Source of the DNA: Antedon mediterranea
Lineage: Eukaryota; Animalia; Echinodermata
Assembly: GCF_964355755.1 (NCBI RefSeq)
Contig: NC_092674.1
Span: forward strand, 11,966,001-12,030,000
Length of the DNA stretch: 64,000 nucleotides
Direction: 5' to 3'
Of the stretch, positions 1-13,625 are shown piece by piece; position 1 is the first letter of the stretch, and each line of letters starts with the position of its first letter. Below the pieces are notes generated by a model. It had not been told where the DNA came from, did no database searches, and saw only the letters and a program-made list of their open reading frames with translations. The position numbers were made by a program, and so were the translations under genes.

Positions 1-182
1 TCACAAACTAACTTTACATAATGTTAAACTCACTGGCATTCAAGAGGCAGGTTTTGCAACATTACGAACACGATAACGAACAATCCGACCAAACGAGAAC
101 CTAAAACTGCTATTTATTCAAATTTTCGTCAATTTAACAATAATATTATATTGTTTGAAGGTTTTTTGCATGGCGAATCAAA

Positions 183-309
183 TGTTAATATACATTTTGC
201 GGTACACCACGTATATGAGGACGATCAAAGGATATTGATCGAAACGTCGAGAAACTCAACAGTTCTTCAGAACTAATATACATGGTGTACTGCAAAATTG
301 ATATCAACA
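183..309 (+). mobile_element. Penelope-like element remnant with a variant hammerhead-like motif (216-251) between ~31-bp inverted repeats
   Basis: TGAGGA-C-GATCAA(aggata)TTGATC-GAAAC-GTC. Inverted arms 183-215 and 279-309. Second degenerate copy at 56623-56706. Confidence 0.45.
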
Positions 310-707
310 ATAATAATATTAATAATAATATCCTTGATTTATAAAACGCCTAATGTTGTAAAACGTCTAAGCGCTGTACATATTATTAGCCGAATCATAC
401 TGCCATAATGCAGCCAGTAATGTGTGTCTTACCAGGTACCAATTTGTTATCTCTTACTAAATACCATTGCTGATATTAAAAAATAGTTAAAAAGTTTAAG
501 AAAAAGTATGACATCGTACCCGTTTTTATTACCGTTTTCGTAAAGGTTGCAAAACCTGAATATTGATTATTTCGAAAATATTACTAAATTAATTTCATAT
601 AGAATAATATGTATTTTACACATTTTCATAAATTAATTATACTGTGTGATACTGTGTGCTTGGACACTCGACTTTTAGAAGCTGTTTTCTAATAACATGA
701 TTGTATA

Positions 708-842
708 CAGTAGAACCTATTGAGGGGACTCATTCGGTACCCAAACTGTCCCTTAATAGGGGCTGAAAATGATTGGCCCTCATTCATTTCACAGTGAAGG
801 TGTCCCCTTATTAGGCGTGTCCCAAAGGAATGGTCCTACTAG
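708..842. mobile_element. Tc1/pogo-type MITE
   Basis: Begins TA|CAGTAGAACC and ends ...GGTCCTACTAG|TA, with internal GTCCCTTAATAGG repeats. Confidence 0.45.
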
Positions 843-1232
843 TATTTAGAATAGATACATTCATAATATACTAAATTTTAGTCACAAGAATAGTACTTCA
901 AAATACTGGCCACTATTTTTTAATGTCCTGTATGCATTATTTTTTCCTAAAATGTTCAGGCATAAATCATGATTTCTGCCTTTTAACATGTTGAGAGAAA
1001 AAGAAAGCTCAACATTATTCCATTCAGTAAAACATCTATGCCTCTATAAGGTCTTAATTTATGCCGTAATGTAATGCATTATTTTTTATTTATGTCATAC
1101 ATTATCTATGATTTCTGCCTTTTTTGTTGAGAAAAAATAAGCTCAACACTATTCAATTTAGTTTACAAAGCACCTTTTAACATGTCGAGAAAAAAATGCA
1201 TCCCTGCATCCTGTTTTCGTAGCCATTTTTGA

Positions 1233-4200
1233 TCATCGTTCTTGGACAAAGACAGTTTCACGTGGTACAAGACCAGCCTCTTCTAATGTTTTATCTGCAT
1301 CCATGTAAGATAGTTGACGCCTAGGATAATTGGTAACAAGCTCATACCTTTCACTGGAAAATCCATCCTTTGCCACACGTGTAATTAAATCCTAAAATCA
1401 AGTTATATTCAATTATTTAGTTACATTATATTGGCAATATGTTACAACTTAAAAAACTCAAAAAAGTCAAATTTCAACTATTTTCCTATATTAGTGAGTT
1501 CATTTTGTTTATCAGCTGTTAATGTGCCTCTCAAAGTACTTTCTTTGTACGACCACATAAGCGAATTCATCGCAGTCTAATAAGCGCCTCACCAACTTAA
1601 GCCGATAGAGATGTCTGTATACTAGAGGCGTCCGCATACAAAAAATATCCGTATATGAGAGGTGTCCACATGAGAGGTGCCTGATATGAGAGGAGTCATC
1701 ATATGGGAGGTGTCCGCATACGTGACGTGTCCGCATTCGTGAGGTGTCCACATAGGAGATGAGTCATCATATGGGAGGTGTCCACATACGTGATGTTTCC
1801 GCATATGTGAGGTGTTTGCATGTGAGGTGTTTGCATGAGAGGTGTCCGCATGAGAGGTGACTGCATATGAGAAGTGTGTGCATATGAGAGGTGTCTGCAT
1901 ATGACGTGTAGCATATGAGGACGGTGTTCGCATACAAGGTGTTTGCATATGAGGTATCCCCATACATGTAGTGTCCGCATATGAGAGGTTCCCAGATTTC
2001 AAAACCGGGAAAGGAGAAATATAAAAATAGTTTTAAATAATAGAAAAATTTACAATATTATATTAGGGATTTAAGAAAATTAATTTACCAATAGCGTTGA
2101 TCTTCCAGGCATGTTCATTTGTTTTCTTTCACCATCTGGTAACCTCAGCATTATCTTAGCTTCAGAATCTACAAATAAAATAGATATTAAAATACTTCAG
2201 TACTAAAACTATTCAATTCTGAGTAGGAAACAAATCATGCAAGAAAAAGTTTAAGTTATTGAATATAAGAAAATACCATTTTCATTTGTATCTCTATTAA
2301 GCATTCAATCTAATAATGTGTTATTCTTGTACTGTACAAATGAAGATAGTTAATTTGGATATTTCAGTGACATGCACCAGGCATGTGTATGTATTGTTTA
2401 ATATAATTATTTAAACAATAAAACTATTGAATTCCGAGTAGGTCGATTATTTCAGCAAATGATGCAAAATGAAAGAATATAAATTATTACCATTTTCATT
2501 GGTTTGATTTTGTTTATTATCTTCATTTACATTATTTGTAATATGTGTAGGCTTGTCTATCACACTTGTAGTTGCAGAGTTTGTATCAGTATCATTTTTA
2601 CTGTCCTTATCTGGTATTCGAGTTTCAGAAACATTATTATTTGGCAAATATTCGTTATTGTCTGTCTGTTTATTTCGCTTAGTTATAATTTCTTTTGATT
2701 CATTCTCTATTACTATAGTGTCTTCGACAACACAATTGTCATCTGCGTCATTTCTATCTATTGTATTGTCTTTATGATTATTCAAATCTTCAGTGACATC
2801 ATTAGTTCTTTGATTCTCAATTTCAACGTCACTACACGAGTCGTTATCGCTTTCTGACTGGCAAGAATCGCTTTCATATTCCGGTTCCGAGTCGCTATCA
2901 ACGTATATAGTTCTTTTGTTCTTACAGCTTGTTTCTGACATTGATGCCGCAATTGCTGCCCTCAATTGGCTTTCTTCATCTGCATCTATTATACTCTCCT
3001 AAAATAACATTTGGTTATCTTTATTAAAAAATAGCTTGAAAATAATATGTTGTTAATGCTGATTTATAAAATGACAATAATAAAAAAAAAAGTTGCCAAT
3101 CAAAGATTTTGATGTTACGGGGAAGGGGAACGGAATGCTCGGGTGAATCATTTTAATTCTTCTCACTACAAATTGTCTACATTCACCTATTATAAAACTT
3201 GTTATTGGTGTTTTTAATACAATTTGTATATTTTTAATATATCATTTTAATGTCACATAAAATTGGATCGAAAAAAAAAACCTTGATAAATTGTAATTTA
3301 AAGCAAAAACAATGGCCATATTAAGGGGTTTTAGTTGAATTTAACCATTTATTTTGTATTTTTTGTAGGTGAAAGAGATTTTTTTGGATGTTTTTTAAGG
3401 AAGTGATTAACTTTATTAAAACTACAAAATTGCCTATTCAATGTCCAACATTTTTTTCTCAGAATTGTTCATGTTTTTAAGGTCAATACGTCGTTGTATG
3501 GATTATGTATCAAAATGTATGATCTGGTGGGTTTATTATAGGGAACTTGTATTCTTTGTCTTCAAGTTTAATAATTTGTTTAGCCACCATGTGAAACAAA
3601 TGATTTTGATGAAAGTGAACAAACTTTTTACTATTAGTGATACTTCACATGTTTAATTATAAACATCATTTTTACCTTTCTGGCTTTCTTCTTTGGTGGG
3701 CTGAAGCCATCTTTATCAAAGCATGGGTGATCCTTTAAAAAATTAGTCACTAATAAGAAAACAATACAAATAGTATTAGAAAGGCCTGAAATTGTTATTG
3801 ATTATTTTACATAATCTTAGCTTAGTACAATCAACGACAATTGCAACAATAGTTATTTCGTTGATTGGATATAAGTCTAGCTTTCTTCTAAGAAACTGAC
3901 AATGTACCTTTTTGTATTACAATTGTCGTATTCGAGTGGACCGTTGAGTAGTTTTTCCGTTGAGTACTTTTTAAAGGAGTATTTTGAGCGTTGAGATTAT
4001 TCTTAACGAAAAAGCTTTTGTTGTCAACGTTTTCTATTCGAATGACTTTCTGTTGAGCACAAATTTACAATTCGAATACAAAAAGTACTCAACGAATCTT
4101 TATGTTGACAACGAAAGTTCCCAATCGAATACGACAATTGATGGTACCTTGATTTTACACTTCTGGCTGGAGGCTAAATGTAAGTACATATTTTTATTGC

Positions 4201-7200
4201 ATAGATAGATTCAATCGAAAAACACGGTCTTGCTAAAAACTACTAGACTAAGAACTTCAATAACAAAATAAGGAGTGCTCTCATGCATGCCATATCAACT
4301 AAAAAATGTAATGCTCTAAGTATTAAACACAAAAAACAACGAAAACTAAATTTGATTTTTTTTTTCATATTTCAAACTTGTAAAACACCCACAGAAAAAA
4401 AAACATGTGTGATCAAACTTGGGCAGGCTTGTTTCCTGTTATTATATTACTTAATTCACTGAATACCTACGCGTCTGTCCATCTTTATTCAGAGCCTAAT
4501 GCTCGTACGTGCTTTAAACTTGGTGGGTGCAGCTTTGTACAACAAATAACAAGTTTGCGTTCATTAGTAAAATCTCAAAATTCTTAAATTGTTTTGATCG
4601 AGCTGAAACTTGGGTAAAGTAATCCTGAAGATAGAGCTCATAATATCAAGAAGGGTGCCAACCAAGATCAAGATCAGTTCACTTAGGTTAACCCTGGTCT
4701 CCCCAATTTAAGTTTTTTTTGTTATGTATATACTCAAATAGACCAAATAAATAATGAAAGGTCAAGGTAAAATTTCAAAATTGCTCCGATCAAGCTTTAA
4801 CTTGGGTAAAGTAATCCTGAGGAAATAGGGTGAGTATGAATGTGACAAATTATGTTTTAAACTACATAAACTACAATACTTGCTAGTAGTTTAAATGCAC
4901 AAGAATATGTAGTGTGTATATACCTAAGTCACAGAATACAAGACTATCAAGCTTATCCCATGACACTAATAGTTCACCCGTTCTTGGATCCAATATGCTA
5001 ATGTATGGGAAAGTAACCACTTTGTAAAACTGGCAATATTTTTGGCCTTCCTCACTATCATGATAAACCTAAAAATGTAAATAGATAATTTAAAATTATT
5101 CAATGATCAATTCTTTGCTATTCAATAGTCAACATTTATTTATTTTTTAACAAATTAATTCATTATTCGGTAGATGATAACATGAACAAAATAAGAGGTC
5201 TCCAGTTCTTAGATTTATATATATATACTGTATGTAAATCAATTGTGTTGCATAGCACTGTGTAAATTATATATAAATCATACTGTCAAATTATAGAAAC
5301 TGTGCTCATATTTGGAAGATGATCTCATAATCGCGTTGAGCATAGCTCATTGGCAAAAGTTCAATATTTTTTTAGTTGTATGAAAAATGTCTCTGGCGGG
5401 AGCACTGTTTCTATAATTTGACAGTATGATTTATATGTATATACATATATGTATATGTACAATATCTCTGTATATCTATGTATGTGAAAATTATATTACT
5501 CCGTGTAACGCAATTACCACAATATGTAACATATGATTTGTATAATATTTACCTCAGTAAAGGCACTTGTTTGTTTGTTTGTTTGTTTTATCTTTATACT
5601 GGGTGACCTCTTCAGTCAAAGACTGATCTCCCAGAGGGCCCAGTTGGTGATCAGTGGCTGTGATGTACTAATACACCGGGGTAACCCCCTACTCGTCTCG
5701 AAAGATGTACTAGGTTCTTTAAAGTGCACATGAGCAAGTTGTGTACACTGGACCTACGGTTTATAGTCCTTAGTCCTTAGACCCGTTCTACCACCAGAAC
5801 CATGGAGTGAGCCTCGAACCCCTGCCGATGTTATGGCTACGTGATTACGGTTCCACTGTCTTAACCACTCGGCCACTCACTAACGATACTACTAACGGAT
5901 GTTCGTTATGCATAGCCATGTGGATTTCACTAATTCTGTTAGCATGGAGGTTTCCTCCATACCGTTAGCAAATTGATTATTCCATGGAGGAAAATTCCAC
6001 CATGATTATTCATAAGCAAGTAAATGAATATTCATGATAGTACTGCAGAAACAGGAGATACGCTCCATTGATTAAAAAAAATAATGCAACTTGTTTAAAC
6101 AATAAAGATCTAATTATATTAACTATACCATGGATATGACAATCAGCAAGAACACACAAATTGAAGTTCCCTTGTTCTCTGAACACCTGTGTACTGCATA
6201 CACTGTGTCGCTGAAATTTGTTTTGTTGTTTTCTGACAATCTTAATTATTTTCATTGTGGAAAATATACAAATAATTTACAGTGTGCAATTGTTATGTTT
6301 ATTCAGAAAATGGATCAAATGATTGAACACATTAACTCATTAACAACTTGTAATATACTGACTATCGATAGCCGTGGTGTACATGTTACACAGAGTATAA
6401 TCATTTTGACACGTCCCCTTTAATTCAAATTTTCGTTTTGTTTAATTCGATATTTTTGATGGATTTGGAAATTTTCATTTAATTATAATAATATAATGTA
6501 TAATTCAACTAATTTAAAAGTGTCAATAAAAAAAAAATAAAATTTTATCAGTTATCAGTTGCATTACAATGTATGAACCAATAAAAGACGTAGCTAAAAC
6601 TAACCTGCCAAAATACAAATGACTGGTTAATGAAACGTTTGACTGCGGGATCACTCCAAACATCACGGTTCAGTTTCTGACAACTAAATTCTTGTACATC
6701 CTGAACATTAACCAATAACCAACGTCCTTGTTGCTGGCCAACTTCCCGAGCCTTACAAAACAAAAAAATGTTAGTAAGTGTTATTTTAGTTACTATTTGT
6801 CCCACCTGGCCCAGTTTTTCTATTAAATTTTTAGAAAAAAAAACCAACTTTTTTTTTGGCTAATTTATCATTTTACTTTGTTTGAAACTCTGTCTACACT
6901 ATCAAACAAGTTTTACCAAATTTTGTAGTGATATGCCCAAATATGGTAGTGAAATGACATCATCATATCCATACAGTACAGTATATGGGCACATTACATT
7001 TTCTATTGCAATACTTATACTGTTTAGTTATCTATCTTGATACAGAAGTAAGCATTGACAAACATTGAGTCACAAGGACCATTTATACTAGAAGCTAACA
7101 ACAATCCACGATAACTAGATAAATATGAATTTTTGTACATAAAACCAAAGAAATCGAAGAAGGTTTAACCCTAGAACTATATAATAATAAATAACCATCT

Positions 7201-10200
7201 TATAGAATATTTAATATATATTTTCACAAGTCCAATCAAATGAAGTCATGATTAGCAATAGCAATAATATTGTGATGATTATATTTTTCTTACTGACCAT
7301 AACTCAATTGATATAAATATTAATTAAAGATGTCCCTTTGACTAATTCCAACAAATTTTTTTTTTAATATTTCGAAAAAAGGTGGGTCATTTTGAAGTAT
7401 CATAATAGTTATTAACTTTCACTAAAAATTAGTCGAAAAGAAAATCATTTAACTGAAATACAGACATTTTTTTTTTTTTTAAATAACTTTGACTTCCAGT
7501 CAAAGTTTTCTATCAAAACATATCATAATGCAACGCGCTTGTTTGGCTACTCTGTATGCATAATCATAAAACTTCCTCGCGATCTGTGTGAAAACACCTT
7601 CTCAACCGTGACGAGTTGTAAAACAATCCTAATTAGCATCATGCATAATGCATACTCGTGGTTTGAAATCTTTGTTTACTTTGGCTCGCGACGATTTTCC
7701 AGCAAAATGTAATCAAATTTGTTTACCGGTTAATTACGTAAACTTGTTGTTTTTGGCTCGAATTTTCGACTTAAAGTGAATAACTTTAATATTAGTTTGA
7801 TATGGCCAATTTAAATATAGAATATTTTGACCTTCATTTTTTGTGTTTCAAGGAACAATACATCTTTAAAAGTATTATTTTTATCAAATACAGCATGAAT
7901 GGTTATTCTATAGTAGAATAAAAACTTCCTTTTTGTTTAATGTAAGAAACATGTTTAATTTAGTATAAATGGACATGGATCGTGGTGCATAGTGGAAGGA
8001 ATGAATATCATCTTACTCACAGTGGCAAGAGTTCCTTTGTGCATCATATCAAGAGGTGGTCTGAAGAGATCTTCCAGAGTACGTTTTTTTGTTCCTTCTC
8101 CCCCACCTCCTTTATTTTTGCTAAGATCTCGTATCATTTCCTCTTGTTGTTCTGGCGAGACAAAAATATTCCCCAACAAGTAATATACAGAAAATACCAT
8201 TATCTTTTGGATGATAAAAGACATAATAATATATACAAAGTTACAAGTAAAACGAAAAGTAAATTAAATACACATGAAATTTGAGTTTAGTTCTAATTAC
8301 AGTTTCCAATCTTCTGCGGCTCTTTATTTAAAGGTTTTAGAATTTTTTTTCCAAATTAGTGTTTACTACTTTGTGTAAGGGTGCATTTGGCTAAGGGTGT
8401 TCTTGGTAGCCATACAACTGCAAATATTCCTTACTTTGTCTAAGGGTACATTTGGCTAAGGGTGTTCTTGGTAGCCATACAACTGCAAATATTCCTTACT
8501 TTGTCTAATAAGGGTGCATTTGGCTAAGGGTGTTCTTGGTAGCCATACAACTGCAAATATTCCTTACTTTGTCTAATAAGGGTGCATTTGGCTAGGGGTG
8601 TTCTTGGTAGCCATACAACTGCAAATATTCCTTACTTTGTCTAATAAGGGTGCATTTGGCTAAGGGTGTTCTTGGTAGCCATACAACTGCAAATATTCCT
8701 TGAATCAACCGTGGAAAAATTGTACACCGACATAGCCCCTAGCAAAGAACTTATAACACAAGAATTTCCTGTTCGTCCGAAGTGTGTAACAATTTCGAAA
8801 GGCATTGTAGGATAGAATAGAGCTAATGGGTGGCGCCATTTTGAGCCATGGAAAGGCAAATTCTTTGTAGAGCAGATAGGATAATTGACAGGCATGACGG
8901 GACATAAAAAAGCTCTAAAAACACAGGAATGATATTGATAATCTAAATTTAGAATTTTCTTTGTACAAATATGTAGTTTGCGGATTTTTCATTCCAATCT
9001 TTTGTTTTTACGTTTTTTTTTATTAATATTTATTTGTTATTATGCCCTTTATTAGGCCTATATTTGATTGAATTAAAATAAACAATTATGCAAAACTACT
9101 TTCATTAACAAGTTTATTTGTGTTGTTGATCATAATAGAGAAATCGTATATTTTTAGTTTTGAAAAGACTGAATTTTACTATATTTATTGATAGACCTTA
9201 CCCTCTATAGCAATAGTTTTTCCTTTCTAGTTTGAAGAGGGCGCTGCTCCATGTAGTGAAATGTCGTCGCCCAGTTTGACTTTTTAACCCTGTACTTCCG
9301 ATACTGTGTTTTGAATGTGCCTCGGACAAACAGGAGATTCTTGTGTTGTAAGTTCTTTCCCCCTCGTCATCTCCAAAGAGGTTTTTATGTAAGAGCATTA
9401 TAGGCAAAACATGTGCACTCGATTTACCATCAAAACAATGGAGATAGTGAGCCTTCACCCATGCCAATGAAGCAGCAACATGTTTATGGTGCTTTTATTT
9501 TAAATGAAAAAAAATTGGTGACAAAATTCAGTGTTTAGAGAGTCACTTACTTGTCTCAGCTCGGAAATCTCTAAATCTATCAAATACTGATCCAGGAGCA
9601 CCTCTCCTTCTTTGTCTTGGTCCTAAAGAAAAGTGAGATGGAAATGTTTTTAACAGAAACTATAGCAGCTCGAGTACACACTTATTTATTAGTTGAACCC
9701 CAATTAGGAGTGTAAGTGTTCTCCTAATATGGATGTCCACTGAATAGGAATTGGCCGTAGTGTTAAACATAATTCCTTTCAATCATTACCCCGGTGTATT
9801 AGTACATCACAGCCACTGATCACCAACTGGGAGACCAGTCTTTGACTGAAGAGGTTACTTAGTTATAAATATAAATTTCAATTCAATATAAATTTCAATT
9901 CAATTCAATGGAACAATTAACAAACATCTAAAATATATACCATGGACAACGGTTAAAAAACATGAATTACATAAAATATATGTTTATTACTTACCAAAAG
10001 TTGGAATATCCTGAACAAGTACCTCACGTTTCTGTGGAATTGGTGCCCTCACATTATCGCTGAAATAATAAACAATTAAAAAAAAGTTGACTTCATGCGC
10101 ACATTGCTTGTAATGTAATAATTCCTAAAGATGCACTGGTTCTTTGATGCCTTGTACCTGTGCCAAGGTTCCTCCTGTGACTTCACCTTAAGCTTGGTTA

Positions 10201-11537
10201 CCACTTTGACGCAATGCAACATACTACTATAATCATCGAAAGAAATTTAACCAATCACGATACAATTGTTCATCCAAACTGTGTGCTTGTTATGGTCAAC
10301 TCGCTTGGCCATATGTTGGGTCTGTAGTGGGAACCACGCTTTAACTGCTTGATGACCACTCAGCTTGCTTAAACGCTTCTTTAACAAATGTACACAATTG
10401 AGTGTTTTTGATTTTATATGTATGTATTAAACTGTTAATAGGAGGCTTACCCAGATGCTTCAAGTGCTGCTGCAGATGACGTTGACGATGAGGTTGATGA
10501 TCCTGCCGTCTCAGCAACACCATCTAATTGCATGCTGATAGCCATTTCAAGATTTCCATTACACATATCTAGTAACTTACGGCCAATTTCAACACTGGCA
10601 CCTGTAAATACAAATAATTAGACATATTAACGAAGATTATGTTTAGAAAAGTGTAACTATCATTTTCTCATTTTTAAACCATGCTTTATTATATATTCTA
10701 CTCTGCAAACAAATAGTGCCACACTGCCATATGTTTTGCTCTTTACCACAACAATTATGCATTTTGAACTGTATTCCCGGACCCGGACGCCCAACCAGGA
10801 GGGCGGTTCACGGTTTCCACCATCCATGCACACACATACTCTCATTACTGTACCAGAATGGTGTCCGGCGGGGGATAGTTTATTACCATTAGTTAAGGTC
10901 CTATGTAAAGCACCTAGAGGGGTCAGTGATCCATTAGGCGCTATATAAATACTGTTTATTATTATTACTTTAGTTACATGTGGCTAGGTATAGATATGCC
11001 TGCACTAGGCCACCTAGCCTATCTTATCTGGCCTATAAATGCCTATATACAGCATCATCTGGCTGCTACTACTGCCTACTACCTACTACTAGGCTGGGCC
11101 TAGATTTGAATATTCTATTCATTAAATGATTTATTCATCATGAAAGGACACACAGACAGACAGACACAGCCTCAAGATCAAGGTATACAGTATAAAGGTA
11201 TAAGCGGCGCTACTATACTTTCGCACCTACCTAGGGCCTAGCTAGCCCTAACTGGAAAACACAATTTGATAACATCCAACGGGGATGCGCGCGCGCGACG
11301 GGGTGATGTTGTTGCGGACTTGTATACTATTATTATGGTCAAGTTAGGTGCGAAAGTAGTAGTCGCTTCTAGCCTAGGCCCTAGCCCTACTTCATGAGCT
11401 GAAACTTATCTTACACTAAATTATAGTTCTTGTGGTGTATATAAATACACATCTTAACAGCTACATAATTTACCTGTAACGGAGCGGAACTGTTCAGCTA
11501 AAGCTTTCATACCCTTAATTTTGGATTTGGAAGCCAT
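1233..11537 (-). CDS. UBXN7: UBX domain-containing protein 7 (p97/VCP cofactor), 11 exons, ~531 aa
   Basis: Phase-consistent GT-AG exons: 11474-11537, 10451-10601, 9995-10059, 9551-9622, 8021-8151, 6605-6751, 4924-5068, 3676-3749, 2491-2998, 2089-2168, 1233-1391. UBA (GASVEIGRKLLDMCNGNLEMAI), VRAPIPQK, UAS (LEDLFRPP; WLLVNVQDVQEFSCQKLNRDVWS; ILDPRTGE), UIM (IIDADEESQLRAAIAASM), UBX (LRLPDGER; YELVTNYPRRQL...EAGLVPRETVFVQER*). Confidence 0.95.
1605..2000. repeat. Degenerate ~17-20-bp tandem repeat (GAGAGGTGTCCGCATAT) in the last UBXN7 intron
   Basis: Repeated gaggtgtccgcatatga variants. Source of the spurious ORFs at 1512-2002. Confidence 0.8.
3920..4140. mobile_element. MITE with TIR CAATTGTCGTATTCGA, copy 1
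   Basis: Terminal inverted repeats. Near-identical inverted copy at 21251-21479. Confidence 0.75.
5567..5880 (-). mobile_element. tRNA-derived SINE
   Basis: Minus strand starts GTGAGTGGCCGAGTGGTTAAG (A box) with GGTTCGAG (B box) and ends in an (AAAC)n tail. A 3' fragment recurs inverted at ~9790-9870. Confidence 0.75.
7328..7865. mobile_element. Kolobok-like non-autonomous DNA transposon, copy 1
   Basis: TTAA flanks at 7324-7327 and 7866-7869, AGATGT...ACATCT termini. Same family as 23228-25117 in the opposite orientation. Confidence 0.75.
8367..8701. repeat. Minisatellite, 5 copies of a 68-bp unit (first unit 65 bp)
   Basis: TAAGGGTGCATTTGGCTAAGGGTGTTCTTGGTAGCCATACAACTGC units start at 8376, 8441, 8509, 8577, 8645. 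Confidence 0.92.
10740..10968 (+). mobile_element. L2-type LINE/SINE 3' tail
   Basis: Ends GTAAAGCACCTAGAG...AGGCGCTATATAAATACTGTT(TAT)n, a typical L2-clade 3' end. Confidence 0.5.
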
Positions 11538-12209
11538 GTCGACTTTTTTCCGACTTTTTTTAATCTAGTGCAAATAGCTCCCTCAAGTGGTGGGCTAAGT
11601 CAACGTAACTGTAGAGGGGGCTATTGTATTTTTTGTAAACATTAAACTACAGTGTATTGAGGTATATTCAGAGGCCTAACAATGGAAATATGCAAACAGG
11701 ATAATTATGCTTTACAGTTTATATGATTTTATTTGTGGTTATATGACACGTTCAGAGTTCTCCTTCCCTGCTAATTGTTTGACTGATTTTCGATTTTATT
11801 CCTCAAATGTTTGGTTAAAGATGCATTGTTCCCCAAAAAGGAAGATTAATAGAATCAGACTTTATGTTATTGTGTAGTTTTAATCAAGTTAATCAGGTAC
11901 TTCTGCAGTAATAATACATTTTAAAAAAAATTTCTTAAAATTTCAAAATAAATCTTTAAATTCAACCAAATACCAATTTGACTAATGTTTGCTTTAAATA
12001 AATTACAGTTCTTTTTTTCAGGTAAATAATTTTTGTTTTCGTTCGATCAAATTTTTTGTCAAAGGCTTTGCTTAACGAAAACCGTCTCAACCCGTGACGA
12101 TTTGGGGTTCTATTAAAACTATTTAAAATTGTTTGTGGGTTCGTTTTCTGTGAGCAAGAAAATACCAATCTTTGTAAATAAATACTCAATTTAAATCCGT
12201 ATTCTCTAA

Positions 12210-12358
12210 AACTCTGTCTACATTAAACTTTATGTGAAAAAATGTGATGTGCCCATAATAATATGGACATGTCATATCACTACCATATGAGGCTTATCAC
12301 TACCATTGCCACATCACAACTTTTTTTGTCAAACTAGTTTGATAGTGTAGACAGAGTT
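12210..12358. mobile_element. Harbinger/Tourist-like MITE (CTCTGTCTACAC family)
   Basis: TIR ACTCTGTCTACA...TGTAGACAGAGT. Other copies at ~6886-7020 (partial), 17527-17671 and 45040-45168. Confidence 0.7.
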
Positions 12359-13055
12359 AAACGTATAAACCATGCCATGTTAATCGTATACACAGTTCCA
12401 GTCTTGTAGATTACATAACACATTGATGATTTTTTCTGAACTGACATTTTTTCGGCTGTAAACACACATCATAGTAGAGATCCATTATTACACTCATCAA
12501 GAATGCTAAACATAATTATTATCATAGTGATAATGACCTATTAAACTAAGGGAAAACACAATTGAACCAGATAAACAACATGATTAACGATATCTGCGAA
12601 CTGTGTGAATGCGACAAATTGACAATTCTACGACGATAATGAATCGATTGCCTAAATTAGGGAAAATGTATCAGATAATTATTGTGAATAGGCCTACTAT
12701 CAAACTTGATGGCAAATTGGGATAAGGTAATTTAAACAAGATGAATGGTAGGCCTACGATAAAAAGGTAGGCTACGTGTTACAAATTCTCATCTGCCTTT
12801 TCGAGAGAAACTATTTTACTCAATAGCAACACATTGGCATATTCCTAAAACGACATTAACTTGATTGAGTTTGCAACACTTTTTTTAAATGATTGTAGGC
12901 ATTATAAACTACGCTCATTGACGTATATTTAACCAGTTTTCTAGTCAGCTGGCCGGGCCCAATAGTATTGAAATGAGAATATTTCCAACCTGGTCAATGG
13001 TCAGAATTACGGTGGCCCACAACTGTCACGCACACTACTGTATATAAATCATATT

Positions 13056-13625
13056 CACACAATTAAAGAAGAAATCACACAATTAAAGAAAGAATCGCAT
13101 ATAAACAAAAGAAAGCATGAAAATATAAAACGAAATGCACAAATAAAGAAGAAACGCGCAATTAAAGAATAGCTAAGCACAATTAAAGAAGTCCGCAACA
13201 AATTCGAAAGCTCCTCGGATCGCACAATTAAAGAAGTTCGCAACAAAATCAAAAGCTCCTCGCACAATTAAAGAAGTCCGCAACAAATTCGAAAGTAACT
13301 CGCACAATTAAAGTACAGTAGTCCGTATGGAACGCCATCGCTGCCTCCGGAAGCAAACTTTAATTCTATTCGGCTCTTTTACCATTACGTTCGGCTCTTT
13401 TAGCATTCGGCGCATTTCTATTCGGCCCATTTACCATTACGTTCGGCTTTTTCAGAATTCGGCGCATTTCTATTTGGCCCATTTACCATTACATTCGGCT
13501 CTTTCAGCATTCGGCTCTTTTTTATTCGGCCCATTTACCATTACGTTCGGCTGTTTTTGATTCGGCCCTTTTTTATTCGGCTCTTTCTGCATTACGTTGG
13601 GCTCTTTTTAAATCGGCATTTTTTA
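13056..13625. repeat. Two adjacent degenerate tandem arrays (CGCACAATTAAAGAA; ATTCGGC(T/C)C.TTT), probably MITE interiors
   Basis: Repeated motifs at 13056-13312 and 13368-13625. Confidence 0.7.

Noticed and set aside
1512-2002. Four overlapping His/Met/Thr-rich ORFs
   Set aside because: They are translations of an intronic tandem repeat, and the UBXN7 exons on either side splice in frame without them.
3984-4208. ORF duplicated at 21200-21406
   Set aside because: Both lie inside copies of a ~220-bp MITE, so this is not a gene family.
5800-5880. tRNA-like sequence
   Set aside because: It is a SINE head attached to a body and simple-repeat tail, with no complete cloverleaf.
8367-8701. CRISPR-like regular repeats
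   Set aside because: Units are contiguous with no unique spacers, in a eukaryotic intron with no cas genes.
9198-9467. 89-aa ORF in a UBXN7 intron
   Set aside because: No recognisable motif and not needed for the gene model. It may be a transposon fragment but I cannot support that.
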